Assembly: GCA_026397405.1 (NCBI GenBank)
Contig: JAPLUW010000001.1
Coordinates: forward strand, 171,138-235,137
Direction: 5' to 3'
DNA: 64,000 nucleotides
From: Candidatus Adlerbacteria bacterium
GTDB taxonomy: Bacteria; Patescibacteriota; Minisyncoccia; Phycocordibacterales; SBAW01
Shown here piece by piece: positions 38,877-48,078 of the stretch; within the stretch, counting starts at the first letter, position 1; each line of letters starts with the position of its first letter. Under the pieces are notes generated by a model. It did no database searches and was not told the origin of the DNA. It was given only the letters and a program-made list of their open reading frames with translations. The position numbers and the translations under genes were made by a program.

Positions 38877-38906
38877 AAAAGCCGCCCCATACGGAGCGGC
38901 TTTTTT
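38877..38906. terminator. bidirectional terminator
   Basis: AAAAGCCGCCCC-ATAC-GGAGCGGCTTTTTT. Confidence 0.8.
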
Positions 38907-38925
38907 CTTTTGTAAATTTTTTAAA

Positions 38926-39016
38926 CTATTTCACATCAACCCACACATATTTTCCTGCTGGAAAATTGCGCCGGGCCCGCCTCGACACCGTCGTGTCTCC
39001 GGCTCGTAGACGTGAA
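38926..39016 (-). repeat. structured element after rplK stop (inverted copy, two hairpins, direct copy of gene end)
   Basis: TTCACGTCTACG inverted copy; GTTGATGTGAAATAG direct copy of GTAGACGTGAAATAA. Confidence 0.75.
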
Positions 39017-39439
39017 TTATTTCACGTCTACGCCCATTGAACGTGCAGAGCCGGCGATGATCTTCATTGCGCCTTCGATGTCGTTTGCGTTTAGGTCAGA
39101 CATCTTTTCCTCTGCAATTTCACGCAACTGCGCTTTGGTAAGGGTACCGATTTTTGCAGTGTTTGGTTTACCCGAACCCTTTTCCTGGCCGAGCTTCTTC
39201 ATAATAAGGTTCGAGGCTGGTGATGTCTTAAGTACAAAGTCGTACGAGCGGTCTTCGTAAATAGTTATTTCAACCGGCACCAAGCTGCCCAAGCGGTCCT
39301 GGGTTGCCTCGTTAAACTTCTTTACGAACTCGCCGATGTTAATACCAGCGGGACCAAGGGTTGTACCAAGCGGAGGCGCAGGGGTTGCCTTGCCGGCCGG
39401 GGCTACGATTTTGAGTTTTTTAGTTATTTTCTTTGCCAT
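39017..39439 (-). CDS. rplK: 50S ribosomal protein uL11
   Basis: [17 protein letters not shown]. Confidence 0.98.
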   Translation of the reverse strand: MAKKITKKLKIVAPAGKATPAPPLGTTLGPAGINIGEFVKKFNEATQDRLGSLVPVEITIYEDRSYDFVLKTSPASNLIMKKLGQEKGSGKPNTAKIGTLTKAQLREIAEEKMSDLNANDIEGAMKIIAGSARSMGVDVK

Positions 39440-39460
39440 AAAGGTAATGGGGATAGTACG

Positions 39461-40012
39461 TTAAATTCTTTTGACTTGCAAGAAGTCGAGCTCAACAGGG
39501 GTTTCGCGACCGAACATCGAAACAAGCACTTTAATTTTGCCGCGGCTTTCGTCCACCTCACCTACTTTGCCGTCGAGCTCTTTAAATGGTCCGTCGACAA
39601 TGACAACTGAGTCGCCGACAGTGACATCAATTGCATGTTTAATGGAACCTTCCTTCTCCTGCATGCGACCAAGGAGTGTGTCGACTTCCGACTGCTTCAA
39701 GGGCACCGGGTTAACACCTGAGCCAACGAACCCTGTCACGCGTGGTGTGTTGCGGACAACAAACCATGACTGGTCGTCTACCAACATGTCCACAAGTACG
39801 TACCCTGGGTACACCTTTTCTTCCTCTTCTACGCGGCGGCCACCTTTAATTTTAACGGTGCGCTCTGTTGGCACAACGACATTAAAAATTTTGTCCGTAA
39901 GGCCAAGCGAGTCGATGCGCTGCTTTAGGTTACGAGCAACGGCATTTTCGTACCCTGCGTAGGTGTGTATCGCGTACCATGCTCGCCCAACTGTTGAGTC
40001 TTGTTTTGACAT
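39461..40012 (-). CDS. nusG: transcription factor NusG
   Basis: WYAIHTYAGYE, PGYVLV, MFGRETPVEL. Confidence 0.98.
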   Translation of the reverse strand: MSKQDSTVGRAWYAIHTYAGYENAVARNLKQRIDSLGLTDKIFNVVVPTERTVKIKGGRRVEEEEKVYPGYVLVDMLVDDQSWFVVRNTPRVTGFVGSGVNPVPLKQSEVDTLLGRMQEKEGSIKHAIDVTVGDSVVIVDGPFKELDGKVGEVDESRGKIKVLVSMFGRETPVELDFLQVKRI

Positions 40013-40035
40013 AGGTGTGTGAAGTGAACGAGTAA

Positions 40036-40206
40036 TTAGATTACTTTTTTGATGATGAGCGAAAACACATAGTCCCATGCACCGAGGTAGAGTGCCGTGA
40101 GAATAGAAATAGCAATAACCACAACGGTATACGTAATAGCCTGGCGGCGTGTTGGCCACGACACGTGCTTCATCTCTGCGCGAACGTCTTTAAAGTAGTT
40201 AAACAT
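40036..40206 (-). CDS. secE: preprotein translocase SecE (not in ORF track)
   Basis: Manual translation MFNYFKDVRAEMKHVSWPTRRQAITYTVVVI..., 56 aa, upstream of nusG. Confidence 0.93.
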   Translation of the reverse strand: MFNYFKDVRAEMKHVSWPTRRQAITYTVVVIAISILTALYLGAWDYVFSLIIKKVI

Positions 40207-40257
40207 ATAGATTTTTTGGCATTTTTAAAAGCCCTCTCGGGCCCTTATATGCGTTCT

Positions 40258-40286
40258 ATAATACTGCCATTTGGGCTTTGCGTCAA
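40258..40286 (-). promoter_or_regulatory. sigma70 promoter for secE-nusG-rplK
   Basis: TTGACG-17 nt-TATTAT. Confidence 0.65.
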
Positions 40287-40291
40287 GCAAC

Positions 40292-40320
40292 AAAAAAGCC
40301 CCACAATAGGGGGCTTTTTT
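40292..40320. terminator. intrinsic terminator after SIMPL gene
   Basis: AAAAAAGCCCC...GGGGCTTTTTT. Confidence 0.8.
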
Positions 40321-40338
40321 GAACAAGATGCAGTTTGA

Positions 40339-41142
40339 TTACCGGATTTCGTAGGTGACAGAGACATCGTCGGTGACATTGTTTTGTCCGACAGAAATTT
40401 CTGGGGCTACTGCCTTAGCATCCATGGCTTGGTTGCCTGCCATGCTGTACATCATTGGGCGTGGGTAGCTGCCTCCGCTGCTTTCGCTAAATGCAGTCAC
40501 ACGTACAAGCGAGACACCGAGCTGTTTTGCCAACACTTCGGCTTTTTGCTTTGCATCAACAATTGCTTTGTCGCGTGCGCCAGTCTGCACCGCAGTCGGG
40601 TCGTCAAACGTAAAATTCAAACCACTTACCTCTGTTGCGCCCTTCCCGCCCACACCTGCAAGCAATGCGCCTGCTTTTGCAGTGTCGCGGACTTTTACTG
40701 TTGTTGTCTGGCGTACTTCGTAACCACGCAACACCTGCTTGCCGCCCGGGCAGTAGCCGTTTGCAGTACATGCCTGGTTTACGTAGTCGTATTGTGGCTG
40801 TACCGAGTAGTCTGATGTTTGGATGTCTTTGTCTGCTACTCCTTGGCCTTTCAAGTACGCAGTTGTTGCATTAGCTTTTGCAGTTGCATCTGCTTGTGCA
40901 GCATCAACAGTTGGCTTGTCGGACACTACCGAAAACGTAAATGTTGCAATGTCTGGCACACCAACATGTTCGCCGTGGCCAGAGACAGTAATGGTGTTTG
41001 TTGCAACAACGCCGGCACCAATGTAGCGCAGGCCCATAATACCCGCGAGCACCTGCACCGCCAGGAACACGCCGAGCAATATAACAGCGACCCACAGCGC
41101 TTGCTGCAACCTATGACCTGTTTGACCTTCAAATAATTCCAT
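40339..41142 (-). CDS. SIMPL (DUF541) domain protein
   Basis: ITVSGHG...PDIA, DIQTSDYSVQPQY, AIVDAKQKAEVLA. Confidence 0.9.
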   Translation of the reverse strand: MELFEGQTGHRLQQALWVAVILLGVFLAVQVLAGIMGLRYIGAGVVATNTITVSGHGEHVGVPDIATFTFSVVSDKPTVDAAQADATAKANATTAYLKGQGVADKDIQTSDYSVQPQYDYVNQACTANGYCPGGKQVLRGYEVRQTTTVKVRDTAKAGALLAGVGGKGATEVSGLNFTFDDPTAVQTGARDKAIVDAKQKAEVLAKQLGVSLVRVTAFSESSGGSYPRPMMYSMAGNQAMDAKAVAPEISVGQNNVTDDVSVTYEIR

Positions 41143-41192
41143 ACTAAAAACTAATTAGATAATTAATGCAAACTTCATCGGCTGTGATGACG

Positions 41193-41882
41193 CTACTGCA
41201 CGTTCTTTATTACCGACATAATCTGCGCGTACGGTAGCGCACCCGACGCAGGGAGTGCTTTGTGTGTTTTAGTATTTAATACAACGGTAAACGGCGTACC
41301 GTTCCCTCCCAAACTTTCGGCCTCGGCCGTGTCTGCGTCAATTACTTTTTGGTATGTTGACGCCGCAACACACGCGGCATATTTTGCTGGGTCGGCACCA
41401 AATTGCTTAGCAAGCCCTGCCGAATATTCAGCCGAGAGTGCTTTTTGGTTACCAAACACTGCGTCGGTGTATTTCCAAAAGCCGGCGTTCCCAAGCTGCG
41501 CTGCGATACACTCTGCTGCATTTGCGGCGGGTGCTGCTTGTGGGTGGATACTCGTTAGTGGGAATTCGCGATACACCCAAGCAATTTGGCCGTTCGACTC
41601 TGTTACAATTTTTTTCAATGTTGGGTAGATAACCGAACAAAACGGGCATTGGAAGTCCGAATATTCTATCAAGACAATGGGTGCTGTAGGCGAGCCAAGG
41701 ATGTGGTCCCCTGCAGTCGGTGGACGCACTTCCACAGTTGTAGGCGCCGGGGCCCCTGCACCTGCCTCGACACCAGCTGCAGGGGCCCGGTTGTTTGTAA
41801 AAAGTATCGCGCCCGCAATAATAACGCCGGCCACAAGTATCGCGACCGACGGAGATATCTCCATTTTTGTATGTTCAGACAT
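41193..41882 (-). CDS. DsbA family thiol-disulfide oxidoreductase
   Basis: EYSDFQCPFC, FPL, GTP. Confidence 0.92.
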   Translation of the reverse strand: MSEHTKMEISPSVAILVAGVIIAGAILFTNNRAPAAGVEAGAGAPAPTTVEVRPPTAGDHILGSPTAPIVLIEYSDFQCPFCSVIYPTLKKIVTESNGQIAWVYREFPLTSIHPQAAPAANAAECIAAQLGNAGFWKYTDAVFGNQKALSAEYSAGLAKQFGADPAKYAACVAASTYQKVIDADTAEAESLGGNGTPFTVVLNTKTHKALPASGALPYAQIMSVIKNVQ

Positions 41883-41908
41883 AGAGCCCAGTATATCACT
41901 GCCCTGCC

Positions 41909-42277
41909 CTACTTTTTCAGTAAGTCGCGGATCTCTTCGAGTAACACAACTTCAGCATTTTTCTTCTGCACTTCAGGCGTACCTTGGAAGCGTGCAACCA
42001 GTTTGTTGACCGGCAACACCACAAAAAAATAAATCGTCGTTGCAATAATCAAAAACGAGATAAGTGCGTTGATAAAGTCACCGTAGAGAAATTCGCTGCC
42101 GCGGATAGTAAATATCATTTTAGAAAAATCCGGCTCGTGCACAACCGCTGCGATAAACGGGGTCATTAGGTCTTTAACAAGCGAGTTGACCACGGCACTA
42201 AACGCCGAACCAACCATAACGCCGACCGCCAGGTCGACCACGTTGCCGCGCAATATAAAATTTCTAAATCCTTTCAT
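41909..42277 (-). CDS. mscL: large-conductance mechanosensitive channel
   Basis: FILRGNVVDLAVG, LLEEIRDLLK. Confidence 0.96.
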   Translation of the reverse strand: MKGFRNFILRGNVVDLAVGVMVGSAFSAVVNSLVKDLMTPFIAAVVHEPDFSKMIFTIRGSEFLYGDFINALISFLIIATTIYFFVVLPVNKLVARFQGTPEVQKKNAEVVLLEEIRDLLKK

Positions 42278-42294
42278 ACAAGCAGTGTAGGAAA

Positions 42295-42768
42295 TTAGTT
42301 CTTGTTTTGCAATTGCTCGATGTCGGTAATAAGTTTTTTGAGGCCTAGCTGAATTTCTTCCAACGTTTTTTTCTGGCCCGCATGCAGAGCCTCCTCTTCC
42401 TTTTCGTCTTCGGTCATCTCTTCGACATCTTCCTGAATCTCATCAACGTCCTCCTGGATCTCGTCCACGTCTTCTTGAATTTCGTCGATGTCTTCCTGGA
42501 TCTCGTCGATGTCGTGCTCAACTTCTTCAAGAGAAGCTGCTTGGTAGTTAATAGACATCTGGATAAAAATAGAAAGGTAGATAGCTTCGAGTGACACAAT
42601 TGTTGTCAGCACCAAAAGCATCCGATCAAACGGAATAAAGCCGCTCCACACCGCAGCAAAGCTTGCTGCAAATAAAATAGAGTGCACAACAATAGACGCG
42701 AGCGAACCCACGAAGCGGGTTACCACTAATGCAAACTCCTGCAATTTTTGTTTCGGCTTTTTGGACAT
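42295..42768 (-). CDS. DUF1003-like membrane protein with acidic heptad repeats
   Basis: LTTIVSLEAIYLSIFIQMS; (D-I/V-D-E-I-Q-E)n 21-nt repeats around 42420-42510. Confidence 0.8.
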   Translation of the reverse strand: MSKKPKQKLQEFALVVTRFVGSLASIVVHSILFAASFAAVWSGFIPFDRMLLVLTTIVSLEAIYLSIFIQMSINYQAASLEEVEHDIDEIQEDIDEIQEDVDEIQEDVDEIQEDVEEMTEDEKEEEALHAGQKKTLEEIQLGLKKLITDIEQLQNKN

Positions 42769-42816
42769 AAAATTGAGACAGTTTTAATCTAGCACTGAAT
42801 AGAGGAAAGTAGAAAG

Positions 42817-42990
42817 GCCTACTGGGAATCCTTTTTGCCCGTTGGCTCCAGTCGCAAAGCGACATAGTCGCCTGCCTCCTCAAAAAGCCTCTGGCCCTCG
42901 CCTATTCGCTCCGCGGGCTCGGGTCCAGTTCGATTCCCAGGCAAACGCTCGCGTTGCAAAATACCCCGACCAAATGGCCGAGGTATTTTG
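42817..42990 (-). repeat. structured element formerly adjacent to tRNA-His (terminator, inverted and direct copies of tRNA 3' arm)
   Basis: GCCTACTGGGAATC (42817-30) is identical to tRNA-His 3' arm; GTTCGATTCCCAG (42928-40) is its inverse. Confidence 0.7.
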
Positions 42991-43127
42991 TCACCGTGGG
43001 TGCCTGACGGTTCAAAACTCAAAACCAATAGTAGATTTCCTTATGGGCTTGAGTTCTGCGGCGTCTAAATTGCACCACTTCCAGAATAGGCTTATTTCTG
43101 CACACAAGCAAACATAGACTAATGTTT

Positions 43128-43232
43128 CTACTTGTTTTTATCTTCCCAGTCCCATTTGGCAAGCAAATCAAAGATTTTCGCTAGTTGAGCTATATCCTCT
43201 TCCTTAAATTTTAAATTACTATCTTTCTGCAT
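43128..43232 (-). CDS. small 34-aa protein at island end
   Basis: Manual translation MQKDSNLKFKEEDIAQLAKIFDLLAKWDWEDKNK. Confidence 0.45.
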   Translation of the reverse strand: MQKDSNLKFKEEDIAQLAKIFDLLAKWDWEDKNK

Positions 43233-43236
43233 ATCA

Positions 43237-44106
43237 CTACAAAGTGGACTCGTAGGAAGCTTTTACAAGACTGAAAATATAGTCAATATCGCTCTCAGGG
43301 GTAAATTTGACCACACCTCTAAATCCCCACCTGTGAGTAGTCACGTCTCTTACAATGCCTTTACTATCTCCTTCATAAGAAGGATCCCTGAGAAGAAGCT
43401 GTATCCAAGCTCCCTTAAACTCAAGACGGGTAAAACTTTTAGTTGTGCGATAAGTGATTCCGGTTTTTTGTCCAGCCACTTCTTCTACTGACGGAAGTTG
43501 GAGAAGTTTTTCTTGCAATGTAAGGAATGCTTTCTGCATTTCTGGAGTAGCTATATCAAGATGATAGTCTAGGTTATATTCGGTCTCCTCCTTTTCTTTT
43601 TTCGTTATACGTTTTTTCTCAGGTCGAGGGCTATATTCATTCTCAATATTAAGAACGTTTCCTTCATAGAGGGAATATGTTTTCAGCTCGACTCTTTGAT
43701 GGGTAGGAGCTGCTTCTCTAGTTCGCTTATCGAAACCTTGTGCTATTAAGATGACACGTGGATTATCCCAGATTACATCCATCTCCTTCCCTAATTTGTT
43801 TTGAACCAATAGTTCAAATTCTCGTTTATTTTTGAGTAGCCACCCTAAATACGAAAGGCTTTGCGTAAAAATTTCCTTATTTTCATGCCATTTGTATTCA
43901 ATAATTACAGGAGAATTATTTTCATCGATTCCCAAAGTATCAATTCTTCCGTCTGTAGTAGGATACTCTTTTTCAAGGAACCTCACACCAAGTATTTCCT
44001 CTAAATTTTCTGCAAAAAAATCACGCAGATTAAACTCATTACCAAAACCTTCTGTTTTAAGACTAAGCTGCTGAACTTTTTTTGTATCTATTTTAAAAAT
44101 AGCCAT
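43237..44106 (-). CDS. NucS/EndoMS-like PD-(D/E)xK nuclease fused to DUF5655-like domain
   Basis: E..LRDF, GRIDTLGID...VIIEYK, PRVILIA; C-terminal RDVT..RWG motif. Confidence 0.75.
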   Translation of the reverse strand: MAIFKIDTKKVQQLSLKTEGFGNEFNLRDFFAENLEEILGVRFLEKEYPTTDGRIDTLGIDENNSPVIIEYKWHENKEIFTQSLSYLGWLLKNKREFELLVQNKLGKEMDVIWDNPRVILIAQGFDKRTREAAPTHQRVELKTYSLYEGNVLNIENEYSPRPEKKRITKKEKEETEYNLDYHLDIATPEMQKAFLTLQEKLLQLPSVEEVAGQKTGITYRTTKSFTRLEFKGAWIQLLLRDPSYEGDSKGIVRDVTTHRWGFRGVVKFTPESDIDYIFSLVKASYESTL

Positions 44107-44220
44107 ATAAATTTGAATTATGAGCTGGGCAGAAGTTGTTACCTCTATACAATATTTTTTACATTATACATCCATCAAAGTATTGCAAAAAAGCTAGAAC
44201 ATGGCATAGTTTTGGCACAT

Positions 44221-45528
44221 ATGCACGAGATAAAGTTGCCGAAGGTACTATTCCTAGTTTTAGTGATAGCACGCCATTTTCACAAAAAGCATATCATAAA
44301 TACAAACGATCTAGCTGATTTGGCCAATAAGTTTGCCAGTGAGCTAGTTAGGCTCAAAAAGACAAAGAAGGACTACAAATCCTTGGAGGATACTAAGTTT
44401 GGAGGCCTGCGAGGTAATTTTTCAACCGTGCTCACTTTTCGTGGCATGGTAAAGAGAGGTAGCCGCATTATTTCTTACTATGGGATAGGTCGGGACGACC
44501 GCATTCTTAATGCACTTCTGAAAGGAGAGATCGTTTTACGCGAATCAGACTTTACAGCTCATACAAACAATGAAAAATTGAAGGATCTACTTGAAACAGA
44601 AGCCCATCTGTTAAATGTCCGTGAGGATCAGGCACATATAAAGTTGCGTCTTGAAAAAGGAGATATCCCTCTCAAGAGGGATGATGTGAGTTTCCCAAAA
44701 GAATCTGTCGTATATAGTCCATCGGGACAATATTTCATACGTGGTTTATTCAACAATTACATAAACCGAGGGAAAAACTTGGTGGAGTACAATATTACAA
44801 ATTTGTGGTTTGGAACAAAGTTTAAAAAGAAAAATATACATCTCCTCTTAGCTGTACCTTCTGCATCTGATTCGTGGGATAAAATTTATGCAGTAAAAAA
44901 CGAGGAACTTATTAAACACAAACCACTTCTTTTGATAGTGGATGTCGATAAATTGTCCTGTACGGACAAAGATGGAAATAATTATAGGCTTTATCCCCTC
45001 GAAGAAGCCCTATTAAGTTTCTCAAAAGCAGAAGAAAATATTTCCGAGCGACTAGCCTATAATTCCAAAAAGGTGGTTGAGGACAATTGTGAAGATGAAG
45101 TTGAGGATAGAGAGATGCAGGAAGATGAATTTTCTATATTTCTCGAAAAGTTCTTACACTGGGGAAAGCTTTTTTCTATAGATAAGAAAGATGTGATCGA
45201 TATAAAAGTCTCAAGTTCCGGAGGTCCCGATGTTCGCTTAATATTTTCTGGAGGTACAACGCAGGCTTTAGAGTTGGAGCATAATTGGAAAAACTATATT
45301 GATCACGGTCATCCCACTAACGGGGCATTCTCTAACTGTTGGATATTTGCAGAAGAAAATTGGGATCCACAGAGAATCCTAAAACTCTTCAGAGAACTCA
45401 AAAAAATACATGGTGTACGTATTCCGGATGTTTTTCTTTGTTTGGATAATGGGGTACGAAAGGCTTATAGAGCCAATTGGGATGAAGAGACCTTCGAAGA
45501 AATAGATTTAGATTTTCCTATCTCTTAA
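44221..45528 (+). CDS. putative type II restriction endonuclease
   Basis: Convergent with two MTases; C-terminal GGPD...LELE..KNYIDHGH nuclease-like motif. Confidence 0.6.
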   Translation: MHEIKLPKVLFLVLVIARHFHKKHIINTNDLADLANKFASELVRLKKTKKDYKSLEDTKFGGLRGNFSTVLTFRGMVKRGSRIISYYGIGRDDRILNALLKGEIVLRESDFTAHTNNEKLKDLLETEAHLLNVREDQAHIKLRLEKGDIPLKRDDVSFPKESVVYSPSGQYFIRGLFNNYINRGKNLVEYNITNLWFGTKFKKKNIHLLLAVPSASDSWDKIYAVKNEELIKHKPLLLIVDVDKLSCTDKDGNNYRLYPLEEALLSFSKAEENISERLAYNSKKVVEDNCEDEVEDREMQEDEFSIFLEKFLHWGKLFSIDKKDVIDIKVSSSGGPDVRLIFSGGTTQALELEHNWKNYIDHGHPTNGAFSNCWIFAEENWDPQRILKLFRELKKIHGVRIPDVFLCLDNGVRKAYRANWDEETFEEIDLDFPIS

Positions 45529-46565
45529 TTTTCCCCCGTTACAAGCACTTCTCTGATATTTTTTATAGTGCCCCTACCCTGCATAGAATGAGAGTGTTTA
45601 AAATAATATACACGAACTTTTTTAAAATATTTTTTACATATGGCTTTTAATTCCGTTGAAGTTATCAACCCACTCTCTGAATAACTAATTGCTACTTTCG
45701 CGCCTATATTTGAGGCGTGGCTTACTATAAAATCAAATTCTCCACTTACTTTGCTTGGGTAACAAAAATCTGACTGAAAACGATCTTGTCTATAAAGCCC
45801 CTTGTGACTAAGCTTGGGGTAATCATATTTGACTGCTGTTTCTAGCAAATGGTAGAAACGGGAATATTGTGCAGGAGAATATGGCGGGTCAATATATACA
45901 AGCTTCACTCCCCTCAAGTATTTTTTGATATTTTTATCTGTAAATAAATTTCTGTAATCCATCGAAACTACCTTGTTTTGGAAATTAGAGAAAAGTATGT
46001 GGTTTTCCAATAATTTTTTTGTAAATGCATCAAGGATACTCAGCTTTCGAAGAGTTTTTAATCGGGGGTGATCCTTGGGCATATATTGCGCAAAATGTCC
46101 GGGACTAGATTGACAATGACCCATAGCATATATCAGCGCGGTAAGATAAATCGCTTTTTTCTTTGTATCTTTGACTTTATCTATGGCAAACCGGACATTG
46201 TCTATTTCCACACATTGCTCTTTAGTGAAATAAGTATCTGTGTAGTATTTTTGAAATAGTTTGTAAGTTTTATTTTTAGAAAGATGTGGATATATATCTC
46301 TTTCAAGATCTTCAGCAGATAGACGTACTTTGTTGTTTTCTATTCTTGCGATACCTATAACTTTTGAATACTCTTGTACATCATTGCCAATGATGGGATG
46401 GTTTGGCTTCAATGCATATCCTATCGAATGAGTGCCCGCCATCAAATCAAGAATTTTATCTCCTTTTGAAACCATTCTTTCGAGAATTGGGGCTATGCGA
46501 TCAAGTAATTTTATTTTAGACCCCATATATCTCATGATATATGTCTTGGGATATTCCTTTTTCAT
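45525..46565 (-). CDS. N6-adenine DNA methyltransferase (Dam/D12-like)
   Basis: RYMGSK, DLMAGT, YIDPPY, YSRFYHLLET. Confidence 0.9.
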   Translation of the reverse strand: MKKEYPKTYIMRYMGSKIKLLDRIAPILERMVSKGDKILDLMAGTHSIGYALKPNHPIIGNDVQEYSKVIGIARIENNKVRLSAEDLERDIYPHLSKNKTYKLFQKYYTDTYFTKEQCVEIDNVRFAIDKVKDTKKKAIYLTALIYAMGHCQSSPGHFAQYMPKDHPRLKTLRKLSILDAFTKKLLENHILFSNFQNKVVSMDYRNLFTDKNIKKYLRGVKLVYIDPPYSPAQYSRFYHLLETAVKYDYPKLSHKGLYRQDRFQSDFCYPSKVSGEFDFIVSHASNIGAKVAISYSESGLITSTELKAICKKYFKKVRVYYFKHSHSMQGRGTIKNIREVLVTGEN

Positions 46566-47893
46566 TCTTCTTTCCGGAATATAAGAATCCAGTCATGATT
46601 CATAATCCCACTGTACGAATTCCTCGAGGTGAGTAAGGATCTTGAGTTTTCATCAAAGCTATCCTTGAAACAAGCTATGGATTTTAGATTGAGATCCTCT
46701 GCAATTTGCAGAAAATGCTCGTGGGTTTTTATTTTTTCATTTCTAACTGTACTATCACTAATCTTCATTACTAAGTGGCCATTCTTTTTTAGAACTCTGT
46801 TCATTTCACTCATACTTTTTCGCATATCGTTAAAATATTGAGAAACGACTTTAGCCATTTTGTGCTGACCATCTCTCTTAAGCTGAAAGATTTGTTTATC
46901 TAATTTAGGAAAGCCAGTCAGCATTGTATCCTCCAAATCTTTCTTATAGAATCGTTCTGTGCCTACAAGTTTTGTATCGAGAGAAAGGTATTCCTTCTGG
47001 TTACCTATAAAACCTAACCATCCCATTTCTATTTTTAAGGTTTCTAAGTAACGTATAGAGCTTATATACGGAGGATTCACCACTATTAAATCAATTCCTC
47101 TTATCTCCTTCGGAAGATCTCTCGAATCGCCTTCTATTGCTTTTATTTTTGCCCTATTAACGGGTAGAGCGTCTAAATAGTCCAACCGGCGCTTTATTGT
47201 TCTCGTAAAAGACGCCTTGACGTCTATTTTTCTTTTACCTTCGGCGTCTAATTTTCTCAGACGCTTACTATAGCCAGGAAATACATGTCTGGGATCTGCA
47301 TTTGAAACACCACGTAGAAATGCTGAAAAAGATGCCAGGAAGAAATCCCTAACGTCCCCCTCTGGTAGCTCCAGTATATTTTTCCTTAGTCTAAGAAGAT
47401 CTTTTTTCGCAAAATCCTTAAACCAATGGTCTATATTTATGCAATAGAATTCAGACTTAGTGGAAAGCTTTGACTTATCTGTATCTATTTTTTTCTGTAA
47501 TTTCTCCCAAGTCTGCTCTACTATTTTTCTATCAATCTTTGTGGTTTTTACTTTAGAAATGAACGTTGCTAACGGATTAATATCCACTCCAAAAGCATTC
47601 CTATTTAAATTCTTCGCCTCTAGAAGAGAGGTGCCAGATCCTGAAAAACTATCGAGTACATAATCTCCTTCCTTCGTGAAATTCTTGATAGCGAAGCCTG
47701 GTATTGCGGGTATAAGTTTGCCGAAATATCGGTGAAACGAATGCATTCCATTTCGATGAATTTCTTTCTCTTTATTTAAGAGCGCCTTGTAGTATTTATT
47801 TGCTGTGATTTCAACGTTCATTTTTGTAGAAATCGCTGGAAAAACATCGGAGGTAATTAATGTCTCGACGTCTGGCTCTCGAAGTTTACTCAT
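46562..47893 (-). CDS. amino-DNA methyltransferase (N4-C or N6-A)
   Basis: HSFHRYFGK, VLDSFSGSGT, DINPLA, NPPY, RVLKKNG. Confidence 0.88.
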   Translation of the reverse strand: MSKLREPDVETLITSDVFPAISTKMNVEITANKYYKALLNKEKEIHRNGMHSFHRYFGKLIPAIPGFAIKNFTKEGDYVLDSFSGSGTSLLEAKNLNRNAFGVDINPLATFISKVKTTKIDRKIVEQTWEKLQKKIDTDKSKLSTKSEFYCINIDHWFKDFAKKDLLRLRKNILELPEGDVRDFFLASFSAFLRGVSNADPRHVFPGYSKRLRKLDAEGKRKIDVKASFTRTIKRRLDYLDALPVNRAKIKAIEGDSRDLPKEIRGIDLIVVNPPYISSIRYLETLKIEMGWLGFIGNQKEYLSLDTKLVGTERFYKKDLEDTMLTGFPKLDKQIFQLKRDGQHKMAKVVSQYFNDMRKSMSEMNRVLKKNGHLVMKISDSTVRNEKIKTHEHFLQIAEDLNLKSIACFKDSFDENSRSLLTSRNSYSGIMNHDWILIFRKEE

Positions 47894-48078
47894 ACCTCGT
47901 AATTATACCTCTTTTAAGATAATTGGCTCCGACATTTTTGCCTGAAATTTGGTAAATTTGCTGAAGACATAGAGTTTTACAACAATTCCATGAAATGGAA
48001 AGCATTGTTTGATTAAATTCCCTATCAGTAGCGATATCTCCAATGTAGAGCTTTAATTAACTTGAAACTTGAATATCT

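Noticed and set aside
42420-42510. 21-nt tandem repeats that could suggest a CRISPR or VNTR
   Set aside because: In-frame coding heptads (DVDEIQE) with synonymous variation, no spacers, and no cas genes in the window
42817-42830. 14-bp tRNA-His direct repeat as the island's att boundary
   Set aside because: The GGGTGCCT core at 42998 rebuilds a symmetric attP and an in-frame integrase tail, and the AT shift begins there; the 14-mer is better explained by the structured element
42842-43117. 91-aa plus-strand ORF as an independent gene
   Set aside because: It spans the att site; the 5' half is a structured repeat and the 3' half is the displaced integrase tail
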